DNA of 64,000 bases from positions 1 to 64,000 of the IMG/VR virus record IMGVR_UViG_3300017917_001151; one strand, given 5' to 3'. The stretch comes from a virus. Both the position numbers and the translations under genes were made by a program. The notes under the pieces are model-generated. The model was given only the letters and a program-made list of their open reading frames with translations, was not told the origin of the DNA and did not search any database. Within the stretch, counting starts at the first letter, position 1. Each line of letters starts with the position of its first letter. Positions 1 to 9,423 of the stretch are shown piece after piece.

Positions 1-1
1 C

Positions 2-358
2 TTTAATGCTAGAGAAATAGAAAATTTTGTAAAAGAGGGGGTGATTGAAACCAGTCCTCTAGCATATATGCGCGGCAGAACTTTTAAAAATGCGGTCATT
101 ATTGCAGATGAAATGCAAAACGCCACACCGTCACAGATGAAAATGCTGTTGACCCGTCTAGGGCAGGGCAGCAAAATGGTTGTTACTGGGGACTTACAAC
201 AGGCCGATCGACCCAGCAACAACGGTTTGTTAGAGTTCTTACAACTCTACAATAATTTTGAAAACCATAGATATGTCGATCTAGTTAAATTCGACGTACA
301 AGATGTAGAGCGCCACGAGGCGGTAAAGGAGATCTTAGCGATTTACGGTGACACTTAA
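2..358 (+). CDS. phoH: PhoH-family ATPase, C-terminal part (5' truncated by window edge)
   Basis: Motifs YMRGRTF, IIADEMQNAT, LLTRLG, VVTGDLQQAD; frame is open back to base 2. Confidence 0.92.
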   Translation, partial: FNAREIENFVKEGVIETSPLAYMRGRTFKNAVIIADEMQNATPSQMKMLLTRLGQGSKMVVTGDLQQADRPSNNGLLEFLQLYNNFENHRYVDLVKFDVQDVERHEAVKEILAIYGDT

Positions 359-597
359 TCCTTAGGGAGATAGGGGGTCAACCGATCCCCTAATACCCTT
401 TTATAAAATTCTAACATGTCGTCGTAGCCTGCTTCTTTATTGAGGCCGTTTACTACACATTTCTTTTCCTTAAAGTCTAAAATGACTTTAGCGGATTGAA
501 TATGTTTCATTCTGATATTATTTTTAAATTCTGTTACCTCGTCCCACATACCGTTAGGCTTCTTAACATAGGTAACAATCATATAACGTTCACTCAT
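355..597 (-). CDS. hypothetical protein (80 aa)
   Basis: ORF coupled to the upstream deaminase gene; no motif recognised. Confidence 0.65.
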   Translation of the reverse strand: MSERYMIVTYVKKPNGMWDEVTEFKNNIRMKHIQSAKVILDFKEKKCVVNGLNKEAGYDDMLEFYKRVLGDRLTPYLPKD

Positions 598-1108
598 CTA
601 ATTTCTCCACAGTAATTCCAGATTTTTCAAGAAACTTAATACCTTCGTCGCTTCTATAACTATTTCTATAGAACACGCTATTAATTCCAGTTTGGTAAAT
701 TAACTTAGCACAATCTAGGCAAGGGCTGTGCGTAACAAACAACGTAGCACCATTTCCGCTTTCTGTACTCTTTGCTAATTTAGCGATAGCATTTGTTTCG
801 GCATGTAATACTTCTGGTTTAGTTTTTAAACGATATCTGCCTTCTATAACATTTCCGTTGGCATCTTGATAATGTCCAACGTGAGGCCATCCTTCTTCGA
901 TCTCTTCCGGACTTAACCAACCTCCTGCTGAGCACCATTCATAATCTTCACAGTTATTATCCCAACCAGCGGGCATACCGTTATAGCCAATACTAATGAT
1001 ACGATCGTCTTTGACTACGATAGCACCTACATGAAGTCTACGAGCGTGACTAAGTTCCGCAAATGTTTCTGCGGTTTTCATATAAGCGTTTTTAAGTTTT
1101 TGTTTCAT
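590..1108 (-). CDS. dCMP deaminase (ComEB/T4 cd-like)
   Basis: VGAIVVKD, GYNG, zinc motifs HAETNAI and PCLDC. Confidence 0.92.
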   Translation of the reverse strand: MKQKLKNAYMKTAETFAELSHARRLHVGAIVVKDDRIISIGYNGMPAGWDNNCEDYEWCSAGGWLSPEEIEEGWPHVGHYQDANGNVIEGRYRLKTKPEVLHAETNAIAKLAKSTESGNGATLFVTHSPCLDCAKLIYQTGINSVFYRNSYRSDEGIKFLEKSGITVEKLDE

Positions 1109-1595
1109 CTAAAGGATTTCCTTCTGGATCAACTTCTAACCAAGTATGATCGCCCATATATTTTACTCTAACTTGATATACATAATCTTCTGGAGCTCCG
1201 GTAGTCCAATCATTAGGACCATTATGTACTAATAGTGTCTTTTCTTTTCGCTTATCCCATACTAACCAATAACATTGTCCCATAACAACCTGAAACTGAT
1301 ATTCGGCTGCATGTACAGCATCGGTTACATCTAATCTACGTTTGATAGATTCTGCTTGTTTCTGTAAAACAGAAACTAACTCCATAATTCTATTGTATTC
1401 TTGCTGAGCATACATCCTAGCATGATTGATCATTATGTCTTTCTGTTTTTCAACAGGAATGAGATCAAAACTAGGAGCTCCTACTTCTGTAGGATAAGGC
1501 GTAATGTTTTTATTGAAAAATGCTACGAGACTATCATCTATCTTAGCATCGTAGCTGTCTTTTCCTTTAGCAACATTAGAACGATTATCTGACAT
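1092..1595 (-). CDS. conserved hypothetical protein (DUF2452-like)
   Basis: Coiled-coil followed by FQVVMGQCYWL...PNDW; resemblance recalled, not searched. Confidence 0.55.
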   Translation of the reverse strand: MSDNRSNVAKGKDSYDAKIDDSLVAFFNKNITPYPTEVGAPSFDLIPVEKQKDIMINHARMYAQQEYNRIMELVSVLQKQAESIKRRLDVTDAVHAAEYQFQVVMGQCYWLVWDKRKEKTLLVHNGPNDWTTGAPEDYVYQVRVKYMGDHTWLEVDPEGNPLDETKT

Positions 1596-2508
1596 TTAGT
1601 TTAGATAGTTTGACCAATGTTGCTGATAGATTGATCTCTGGATCTACAATCAGTGCATGATCTACTAAACCTTGTTTGATAATTAGGATAGCTTTGTCTT
1701 GATTTTCTTCTGAACCAAAGATTTCTAAGTTATTGTATAACCATACAAACACTTCTTCCATTTCTTCTGCACGTAGTTTACCGCAGAGTAGTTTACGTGC
1801 TTCCGAGATTTTTCCAGCCTTGAAAAGTTCGACCATGTCAAACTTCCAGTCAGCTTCTCCGCTGTCGCCTTTGTTGGGTTGAGCTAGTTTTCCTTCTTGT
1901 ATGTTTTGCTGTACAAGATTGATACATTTACGAAGATCTGGATAAGTTACTTTAACGTAATTGTCTAACGTATCGAGATCAAAGTCTACACCTTCATCAA
2001 CAAGTATAGTGGCTACACGAGCAGTAAACTCTGTAATGTCGGTACGTTCAACGTGAAATCCTTGGCAACGACTGTGGATAGCAGGAATAATTCTATTAGG
2101 ATAGTTACAGGTTAGAATGAATCTAGCAGTGGCGTGATATTCTTCCATAACACCACGAAGTGCTGCCTGTGCGTTTGGTGATAGATAGTCTGCCTCGTCT
2201 AGTAGCACAACCTTAAACGGACCAAAAGGAATCATCTGCACAAAGTTTGTGATCTTATCACGAACATCGTCGACGGAGTTTGTTCGAGATGCGTTAATTT
2301 CTAACACATCATAGTCCTCGATACCTAGTTCGTGAATAAGAATTTTAGCAAGGGTAGTTTTACCGATGCCTGCACTACCACTTAAAAGCAGATGCGGAAT
2401 ACTTTTATCCTTGATCCAGGTCGCGATTTGTTTTCTTTGATGGTCGTCTCTAAACACATATCCATCTACAGACTTAGGACGATATTTTTCTACCCACAAT
2501 TCTTTCAT
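1585..2508 (-). CDS. clamp loader AAA+ subunit (RFC small subunit / T4 gp44-like)
   Basis: LWVEKYRPK, Walker A GSAGIGKTT, INAS, Walker B LLDEAD, SRC motif. Confidence 0.95.
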   Translation of the reverse strand: MKELWVEKYRPKSVDGYVFRDDHQRKQIATWIKDKSIPHLLLSGSAGIGKTTLAKILIHELGIEDYDVLEINASRTNSVDDVRDKITNFVQMIPFGPFKVVLLDEADYLSPNAQAALRGVMEEYHATARFILTCNYPNRIIPAIHSRCQGFHVERTDITEFTARVATILVDEGVDFDLDTLDNYVKVTYPDLRKCINLVQQNIQEGKLAQPNKGDSGEADWKFDMVELFKAGKISEARKLLCGKLRAEEMEEVFVWLYNNLEIFGSEENQDKAILIIKQGLVDHALIVDPEINLSATLVKLSKLNVR

Positions 2509-2672
2509 ACAAGTTCCTCTACGATTCCTAAAATTTCTGCGACGATAAACAATGCTGCGGCCATGAACAAATCTCCAAAGCCTAGCATTAATGCAGCCGC
2601 AATTCTAAGACCGCTTTTAGCAAGACTGACATAAAAATGTCCTTTGCTGGTATCCTTAGGTTGTATTTCCAT
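2505..2672 (-). CDS. small hydrophobic protein (55 aa; not in ORF track)
   Basis: Hand translation MEIQPKDTSKGHFYVSLAKSGLRIAAALMLGFGDLFMAAALFIVAEILGIVEELV; fills the gap, ATGA overlap with clamp loader. Confidence 0.7.
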   Translation of the reverse strand: MEIQPKDTSKGHFYVSLAKSGLRIAAALMLGFGDLFMAAALFIVAEILGIVEELV

Positions 2673-3102
2673 CTTTTAATCCCTTATTAATTTCAGCTGC
2701 AATAACTCGTTGTCGTAATTCGCTGGTTGAAAAATTGTGTTCTCGTTTATTAAAATAAAATTCAATACCGCGTTCAATACATTCCCAACGACCTGTAAAA
2801 TCTTCGTTTTCGTATTCCTGTCCTAGTATTCTAACATTAATAGGATAAGAAAGCAAGATGTTTACAAGATCCTGCTCCGTTTCGTAGACAAGAATTTCGT
2901 CAACATATCTACAGGCTTTGAGCTGTTCATATCTTTCGAAGATACTTTGAACCGGTTTATTTTTAATGCCCGGACGATCAATTGTGGGATCTGTTTGTAG
3001 TCCAACAATTAAATGATCGCATTGAGTTTTTGCTTCTTTGAGCATCATAATATGCCCAGCATGAAACAGATCAAAGGTAGAACAGGTAAATCCTACTTTC
3101 AT
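2656..3102 (-). CDS. cytidylyltransferase (TagD/glycerol-3-phosphate cytidylyltransferase-like)
   Basis: FDLFHAGH (HxGH) motif, LIVGLQTD, C-terminal R..FSTSELR. Confidence 0.88.
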   Translation of the reverse strand: MKVGFTCSTFDLFHAGHIMMLKEAKTQCDHLIVGLQTDPTIDRPGIKNKPVQSIFERYEQLKACRYVDEILVYETEQDLVNILLSYPINVRILGQEYENEDFTGRWECIERGIEFYFNKREHNFSTSELRQRVIAAEINKGLKDGNTT

Positions 3103-3470
3103 TTCTTCACCACAAATTCGTTTAGGTTAGGAGGAGTCCAGCCCAACGGCTTCAAGACCTTTCCGTCCTCACGCTTACGCACTTTGCCTGTTTCACTATC
3201 GATCTTGGCAAAGTTAGTACGCATAACTTCTTTCCAGCCGCCCTCGCCGTCAAAGCCTGCTGAATGAATAGCACCTACTGTAACAACGATAAAATCTAAC
3301 AAAGCATCTAATGTTTCTACTTGATCATTATTGTCGATAGCTACTTTTAATTCTTTCCATTCTTCTTCCATTAAATCAAGATACAATTTAAACTGTTCTT
3401 GATTGAAACTGTCAACACTTTGATCACACGCCCGCATGAATTTTTCTTGATCGCGAAAAGGATTCGTCAT
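3099..3470 (-). CDS. MazG-like NTP pyrophosphohydrolase (DR2231/PRA-PH-like)
   Basis: EEEWKEL...DALLD metal motif and REDGKVLKP tail. Confidence 0.85.
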   Translation of the reverse strand: MTNPFRDQEKFMRACDQSVDSFNQEQFKLYLDLMEEEWKELKVAIDNNDQVETLDALLDFIVVTVGAIHSAGFDGEGGWKEVMRTNFAKIDSETGKVRKREDGKVLKPLGWTPPNLNEFVVKK

Positions 3471-3472
3471 AA

Positions 3473-3718
3473 TTATTCCTTAGATTTTAATATTCTGATA
3501 ATACGCTTTTGTTCTTGTTCTGTCAACCAGTCTTTTTCCAACTCTCCAAAATCTGGAGCATCGTTTAAGGCACGGTCAACAACTTCTTTGAGTAGATATA
3601 GTTCTTTTTTAAGTTCAAAGGCTGTGAACCCGTCCGTATAAGAACTAGAACAATTTCTGGAGAGGTTGTGTATTTGGGACGTAATTTCACCTACGTCCCA
3701 ATTCTTTTTGAAACCCAT
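3473..3718 (-). CDS. hypothetical protein (81 aa)
   Basis: Tightly packed ORF in operon. Confidence 0.65.
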   Translation of the reverse strand: MGFKKNWDVGEITSQIHNLSRNCSSSYTDGFTAFELKKELYLLKEVVDRALNDAPDFGELEKDWLTEQEQKRIIRILKSKE

Positions 3719-4116
3719 TACATGAAGTCTTCTGGTCTGATGTTTATACTAGAACCATTGGAGAATTCTTCTCCGATGTAAACATCATTTGGTCTTTGAT
3801 CTGTTACTGCTAGTACAGAAGCAACTTCTACCTTCTGCACTTCTTTGATGCTTTCGCCGTCATCGATTTTAATCTTACGAGTCCATCGACCGTGTTCAAT
3901 TAAAATCCATTGACCTACTCTAACATCTAATTCGCATTTGTCTCCAATTTTATAAACTTGAGCCCAGCGTGGTTTAACACCGTGTGCTTTTCCGTCATCA
4001 CTTTGAATAATAATGCCGCTAGATGTTTTTTGCTCGCCCATATCCATATTATAAACTAGGATATCTTTAGGCAGGGGACGAACCTGCATTTGTCGTGCTT
4101 CGAATTGTGTAGCCAT
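3718..4116 (-). CDS. GroES/Cpn10-like co-chaperonin
   Basis: VRPL..DILV, EQKTSSGIII mobile loop, VRVGQWIL. Confidence 0.8.
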   Translation of the reverse strand: MATQFEARQMQVRPLPKDILVYNMDMGEQKTSSGIIIQSDDGKAHGVKPRWAQVYKIGDKCELDVRVGQWILIEHGRWTRKIKIDDGESIKEVQKVEVASVLAVTDQRPNDVYIGEEFSNGSSINIRPEDFM

Positions 4117-4124
4117 TTAAGTCC

Positions 4125-4355
4125 TCACTTTTTATTGGCTCTTGTTGCTACTTCTTCTTGAAGTGCGTTAGGATTATTAGCATAGTAATCTGCTAATACC
4201 TGTTCTCGAGTGCGTACAATTTTGCCACCCTCGCCAATCTCGTCACCGCGAGCATTTACTTTCATATTTCCTACAGCTGGTGTTTTTTCAAAGCGTAGAC
4301 TCATTTTTTCCATGTCTACTTCTTTGCCACGCATACTTGTATATGTTCTTCCCAT
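4125..4355 (-). CDS. hypothetical protein (76 aa)
   Basis: ORF with AGGAG SD; AVGNMKVNARGDEIG motif of unknown function. Confidence 0.7.
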   Translation of the reverse strand: MGRTYTSMRGKEVDMEKMSLRFEKTPAVGNMKVNARGDEIGEGGKIVRTREQVLADYYANNPNALQEEVATRANKK

Positions 4356-4356
4356 T

Positions 4357-4818
4357 TTATATCTCCTTGAAGAATTCTTCTATTGGTAAGTTATATTTAA
4401 CACTATCTATCTTATGCACCCCTAATAAAAAGAGCACATAACTGGCCACGCTAGATCCTCGACCTACACCCCAAACTACGTTGTTAGCTCTAAGAGTATC
4501 TACAACATACTTCATCGCCCGCAGTACAGGAATCATATCATTTTTTCGATATAATTCTAATTCTGTAATCAAACGGTCATAATTTTCTTTAGGACATTGA
4601 TTTACCAAAAATCCCTCGATATCCATATTTTTGTATTCGTTGGGTATAAACCAATTTTCTTTATCTATGGTAGTTGGGGGGATTGGATAGTTGAGATGCT
4701 CTTTGTTTATTTGATCTATGTATTTCGATAGATCATCCGAGCAGAGGCAGTGATCTAGTATATCAGGACCGTGCCTGATGACACCTTCTACGAGTTGGTT
4801 TAGAGTGTTAGTCGACAT
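4357..4818 (-). CDS. short DNA polymerase III alpha (DnaE)-like fragment protein
   Basis: RL..EL, GVGRGSSVASYVLFLLGVHKID..KYNL...F matches the DnaE GxGRGS segment; only 153 aa. Confidence 0.8.
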   Translation of the reverse strand: MSTNTLNQLVEGVIRHGPDILDHCLCSDDLSKYIDQINKEHLNYPIPPTTIDKENWFIPNEYKNMDIEGFLVNQCPKENYDRLITELELYRKNDMIPVLRAMKYVVDTLRANNVVWGVGRGSSVASYVLFLLGVHKIDSVKYNLPIEEFFKEI

Positions 4819-5038
4819 TGATCAATTGACCTAAATCATCATCTGCTTGTTTCAATTTCTGAGCGTGCCTCTTTGCGAGTTCTTCTCTATATATTGTAAT
4901 GACAGTTGACAACTGTGTCAAGAGATCTCTGCTGCCCAAACGTGCAGCAGCGTAATATTTTTTGTTCAATTCGATCAGTTTGTTTTCTACATCCTGATCT
5001 TTTAAATCGGATAAATCGCCGACTAGTGGATGAAACAT
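4808..5038 (-). CDS. hypothetical protein (76 aa)
   Basis: Coupled ORF (TAATG junction). Confidence 0.7.
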   Translation of the reverse strand: MFHPLVGDLSDLKDQDVENKLIELNKKYYAAARLGSRDLLTQLSTVITIYREELAKRHAQKLKQADDDLGQLINVD

Positions 5039-5619
5039 TAGCTAAATGTGCCTACGTAATTTAAAAATATAACATCTGCATTATGCTGCCAAACTTCGAT
5101 GATGATAGGATTGGTATCAGACGTTACTGTTAACGTTCCAGGAAATCCGGAAGATTTTTTAATAATTGTGCTACCTGTAGTAGTGAAAGTGATAGTTCTA
5201 GCAGTTCCGTCACCGTATAATTCTAATGTAGCTTTGCCAATTTGCCCCAACCCACTTGCGTCTGCTGCACCTGTTGGAAATTCTATAAAAGATAATGCGC
5301 AACTATTTCCAAACTTAATTATATGATACAATGCTTCTTTGAACGAAACTTCTTGTGTTGTATTTGTTATAGAACCACCGTAGTCTTTCTTTCTAAGATA
5401 AGCATCTTGTAGTGTAAGACTTCCTACAATATTATACAAAAAATCGTTGGATTGATCTGTTCTGGCTACATTATCTTGTAGATCTTCGATTTCAGTTTTG
5501 GCTGCTGAAAAGTTTGTTTTGATAGTATCAAAATTGTCACGGAATGTCTGCGTGTCGTTATCCTGCCCTGCTACAGGGAAGTTTTCATTGATTGCTGCGA
5601 AATTAATATTGCTGGTCAC
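5038..5619 (-). CDS. putative virion structural protein
   Basis: FPVAGQDNDTQTFRDNF N-terminus then coiled coil, beta-rich C-terminus; lies in structural block. Confidence 0.6.
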   Translation of the reverse strand: MTSNINFAAINENFPVAGQDNDTQTFRDNFDTIKTNFSAAKTEIEDLQDNVARTDQSNDFLYNIVGSLTLQDAYLRKKDYGGSITNTTQEVSFKEALYHIIKFGNSCALSFIEFPTGAADASGLGQIGKATLELYGDGTARTITFTTTGSTIIKKSSGFPGTLTVTSDTNPIIIEVWQHNADVIFLNYVGTFS

Positions 5620-8099
5620 GGTAATTTTTCTCCACGTTGCGGAAATGCTAGATATTTATCCTCTATATTTCCTTCTATAATATCTATTATGTATCTGTCA
5701 GCTTCGAAGTCGATAGTTTTAAAATCAAATCCGCTGGCTTTAATTCTTGCCAATACATTAGCAGAATTAGATGGTTTACAGTAACATAATGGTAGTGCTT
5801 TGGTATATCCTGTTTCGTAGGCCGCTGTGTCTTGGATACTACGCATCCAAAGAGGTAAAAACTCTCTATCTCTATCGCCTACATCTTGTATTCTTTTCCT
5901 CATATTCTTGATAGAATTTGGGAATATTCTTTGATGGTCTGAATCACTAACAAATGGTATATCGCTGTCAACTTTGATGGCATCGTAGCTGATTAGGACT
6001 TTGCTATTAATGGTATCCGATAATTCTATAGTACTGCTAATAGATTTACCATTTTTTTCGTAGTCGTCGACAATATCTACATATATCACTTCATATACAG
6101 TTTCTTGTGTAATCGGATCTTTAGCTTCGGCTACTTTTAAATCTCCGAATTTTAATCTTTTGTTGTAATGATTTCTACTCATAGCCTGTACATATTTTAC
6201 AGCTTCAACACTTTCAATACCAGCAAATACTAATACCTTTAAGGATGTTTGAACCCCAAAACTTGGATCACCATATCTATACATATTTTCTGGTCTAAAA
6301 ATTGTAGAATCGGTTATAAAATTGTACCATGTCAATCTTTTGCTTTTTGTCTGGAATGCTTTTAGATATAAATTGGCAAAGGTCTTAGTACTATCGGCTA
6401 TAACTTTAAGATAAAATGTTTTATCTAATACCGAAAAGTTTACACTGTCTCTGGCTCTTATAGTAAAAGTAAAAGTTTTATCGAAAGTGGTTTCCCCGCC
6501 ATCGAACGTTGCATTAAAATTTCTAGAAGTTAATGAACTGTCTTCTGTGGAACTATTCGGTCCGTCGGCATCATATCTTTCGTAGAATCTAGTTAAACCT
6601 GGACCAGCATCATCTGCAAACTGTTTAACCTTTCCTTCTATAAGGCCTGTGGGATAAAATGTCAACCCTGGAGGCAATGATCCGTTGACGAACTCATAAC
6701 CGATCCTTCCGCCATAAAGAAGACTTTCAGCTTCTACATATTTTTGACTTGGTTGATTAGGTTTGATAGTGCCCAGATCACTATCGGAAATCCAATTTAC
6801 AGCACTTTCGATTTCACCAACGACTTCTACACTAAATGTCTTGTCTGCATAAGTCGTGCTTGAATACCAAAAACCTTCATCAGTTGGTACTCGATTTTTA
6901 TGGGCAACAGTACATATATAAACAACATCCTCAAACGTAACAGCATCATTGACGAAATAGTTGTCCGATGCATTCCAAGTTCCTTTATAGTTATATGCTG
7001 TATAGGCTAAAGATGCTGGAAAACTAGTTGCTCTAACAGTGAATGTATAATTTCTAGTAACCCTAGCTTGATAAGGAACCTTTCCTGCAACGTTACCTGT
7101 GATGGTATCTAACTCCATGCCCGGTGGAAGCTCACTAGGTGTTGCATCTGGATTTTGTTCTAGTAGAAAATATGTGATTGTTCCGGTAAGACTAGGCGGA
7201 TCATAGACATCTAAAAATATAGTTACATAGTTGTTGGCTCGGAATCGCCCTAGGTTGCTTTCAGTAATCCAAATAGGAATTCTATAACTAGAAGCATCTG
7301 CTTGGAATATGTTTGTGTCAACTTGAACAATACTGTTGTCTGCCTGTAAAAATTCTTCAGTAACTACATAAATCTTAAACAATCTATTTTCTGTATGTAT
7401 CCCATCAGTTACACCTACTACAAAGTTGTAAACTCTACTTAATCTTCTTGGAGTTCTGCTGGGTTCGTTATAATCATAGGTTACATCGTCGTAGTAAAAG
7501 GTGTCATAACCGTTTGATCTAGCTTCTATATAATCCAACGGAATAATGTCTAAGGGTGCTGTATCATAGCCGCCTGTGGTTTCTCTAGCATACTCTAGGG
7601 CAAAAATAGGATCAGTGAAACCGGAAATAACTCCAGTCTTACTTAGACTTAATCCAGGAGGAAGTAAACCGCCATTTGGTACTAGATAAAATTCTAACTT
7701 ATCACCTGCTATTAAGTCAGTATCATATGCTTCTAATTGAAAATTTACCTGAGCATTATCTAAAACAAAATATGCTTCGCCTTGACCTACATTTAAAAAA
7801 CCTTCTTTGGTTAACCATATAGGTGCATCGGTTCCGTCAACCCCGAGAATAAAAGTTCTATCTTCAATATCTCGTCCGTCATCTGCTCGAATTACAAATT
7901 TATTTTCTGTGTAAACTTTTACTTCTGTAGGAGAACCTTTAATAACACCGCTGGTTAATCTAAGTCCTCTAGGTAAATTTCCTGCTATTAACGAATAGGT
8001 TACTGGACCGACGTCGGAATTAGCCTCTAGGGGGATGTTTACTGTAATTCTTTCAGTAAGTAGACCTAATCTGCCTGCTGGTGTAATCCAGGTAATCAT
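5616..8099 (-). CDS. virion/baseplate-associated protein with Ig-like (He_PIG-type) repeats
   Basis: Four LP(P/R)G(L/M).....G.(I/V).G repeats plus a CBM5/12-like W...Y...D.V.F....Y.C...H segment. Confidence 0.7.
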   Translation of the reverse strand: MITWITPAGRLGLLTERITVNIPLEANSDVGPVTYSLIAGNLPRGLRLTSGVIKGSPTEVKVYTENKFVIRADDGRDIEDRTFILGVDGTDAPIWLTKEGFLNVGQGEAYFVLDNAQVNFQLEAYDTDLIAGDKLEFYLVPNGGLLPPGLSLSKTGVISGFTDPIFALEYARETTGGYDTAPLDIIPLDYIEARSNGYDTFYYDDVTYDYNEPSRTPRRLSRVYNFVVGVTDGIHTENRLFKIYVVTEEFLQADNSIVQVDTNIFQADASSYRIPIWITESNLGRFRANNYVTIFLDVYDPPSLTGTITYFLLEQNPDATPSELPPGMELDTITGNVAGKVPYQARVTRNYTFTVRATSFPASLAYTAYNYKGTWNASDNYFVNDAVTFEDVVYICTVAHKNRVPTDEGFWYSSTTYADKTFSVEVVGEIESAVNWISDSDLGTIKPNQPSQKYVEAESLLYGGRIGYEFVNGSLPPGLTFYPTGLIEGKVKQFADDAGPGLTRFYERYDADGPNSSTEDSSLTSRNFNATFDGGETTFDKTFTFTIRARDSVNFSVLDKTFYLKVIADSTKTFANLYLKAFQTKSKRLTWYNFITDSTIFRPENMYRYGDPSFGVQTSLKVLVFAGIESVEAVKYVQAMSRNHYNKRLKFGDLKVAEAKDPITQETVYEVIYVDIVDDYEKNGKSISSTIELSDTINSKVLISYDAIKVDSDIPFVSDSDHQRIFPNSIKNMRKRIQDVGDRDREFLPLWMRSIQDTAAYETGYTKALPLCYCKPSNSANVLARIKASGFDFKTIDFEADRYIIDIIEGNIEDKYLAFPQRGEKLP

Positions 8100-8111
8100 C
8101 TGGGTCGCTCC

Positions 8112-8687
8112 TTACACTATGGTACCGCAGTCTAGGTCTAGTCGTCCTGGAAGAGTAATGGTTCCAAAATCTAAATTAGATGCTTGAAATGCTACCTGCA
8201 TAGAGTTATTATATTGGCCTGAAATTCTACCAAAGTCGTATGATGTTAAAATATCTGTTACAGGTATTATAGTTTTAAATGAAAGTGTGGAACCAAAACT
8301 AGTCACTTCAATATCTTTTCTGCTAGTAGTAGAACCCGGAGCTGCCGTTCCTGAGATTGTAATCTGCTGATGCGTACTGGCCAGCATACTTCCTGAATCT
8401 GTGTCGAATCTTATAAACGCATCCGGAGCAGTGTTGTTAATTATAACAGTAGTATCTGTTTCATCAAGCAGCATCTTAGTTCCTGCTAGCAGTTTTTTAA
8501 ATTCTAAATTTGTACCTGTTTTCTGTTTAAAAACTCCCACACCGGTAGCGCCAACATTAGAAGCTGTGATAGTTAGTTGAGAATTTAAATCTGTAAAATT
8601 AGCATTTACTTTTTGAAACGCGGTGCGTAGATCATCACCAAGTCCGTCGTTTACTACATTTCCGATATTAATTGTTTGTATGGCCAT
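8112..8687 (-). CDS. virion structural protein with T4 gp9/gp10-like N-terminus
   Basis: INIGNVVNDGLGDDLRTAFQKVNANF. Confidence 0.7.
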   Translation of the reverse strand: MAIQTINIGNVVNDGLGDDLRTAFQKVNANFTDLNSQLTITASNVGATGVGVFKQKTGTNLEFKKLLAGTKMLLDETDTTVIINNTAPDAFIRFDTDSGSMLASTHQQITISGTAAPGSTTSRKDIEVTSFGSTLSFKTIIPVTDILTSYDFGRISGQYNNSMQVAFQASNLDFGTITLPGRLDLDCGTIV

Positions 8688-8705
8688 AATCTGCTCTCTT
8701 TTTAA

Positions 8706-8711
8706 TATTTA
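8706..8711 (-). promoter_or_regulatory. T4-like late promoter box TAAATA
   Basis: cggTAAATA in intergenic gap upstream of 8687. Confidence 0.6.
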
Positions 8712-8714
8712 CCG

Positions 8715-9422
8715 TTATAGTCCGTAGGTAGCTTTGTCATTGTTATAGTTCTGTAGAACCTGTGCTGATGTGAGTTCTACATTGTAGCAATATACTTTAC
8801 CAATTCTACCTTTTAAGTTATTTCCTGCAACATAAGCAGCAATGCTAGCAGTACCTGTACCTGGATGAGCTGTTTTTAATACTGTATAAGTTGAATCTTG
8901 CGAACCGTTGATATACAATGTCATACCGTTGGTAGTACTGAATGTCAGTGTTACATTATACCAGGTGTTTAGGTTTATAGTTGCCACTGAAGGATACGCT
9001 GTAAAACTTCCCCAATCACTGTGTCCGCAGTATATTTTTCTGTCTATGCTAGCCTGTGGACCCATATAGATAAAATGTCCGTCACCACTGAATATGTTAT
9101 TGTCCTGATAACCGTTGAGATAGAACCAGGCTGATTTTGTGTAAGCAGTAGTATTGACTATACCTGTGGTAGCAGTATTGGCGTATTGTCCAGTACCACT
9201 AAATGTAAAATAACTAGGAGTACCCGAGGTATATGTTGGGGAACCGTATAAAGTAAGATTTTGTTCAGGTGCTGCTAGGTCAGTCCAAGTTGTGCCGCTG
9301 CCTGGATAGCTGCTGGCATTGTCTGGATCAAGTCTTAAAACTAGATTTGAAGTAACAATACCAGTAGTAGGTATTACTCGCCTACGACCTAACTTGAAGG
9401 AACCTGTGAACGAACTCAGCAT
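8715..9422 (-). CDS. LamG/concanavalin A-like lectin domain protein (tail-associated)
   Basis: LVLRLD...SYPGSGTTWTDL, WYNVTLT, LYING, YNVELTSAQVLQNY. Confidence 0.85.
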   Translation of the reverse strand: MLSSFTGSFKLGRRRVIPTTGIVTSNLVLRLDPDNASSYPGSGTTWTDLAAPEQNLTLYGSPTYTSGTPSYFTFSGTGQYANTATTGIVNTTAYTKSAWFYLNGYQDNNIFSGDGHFIYMGPQASIDRKIYCGHSDWGSFTAYPSVATINLNTWYNVTLTFSTTNGMTLYINGSQDSTYTVLKTAHPGTGTASIAAYVAGNNLKGRIGKVYCYNVELTSAQVLQNYNNDKATYGL

Positions 9423-9423
9423 C

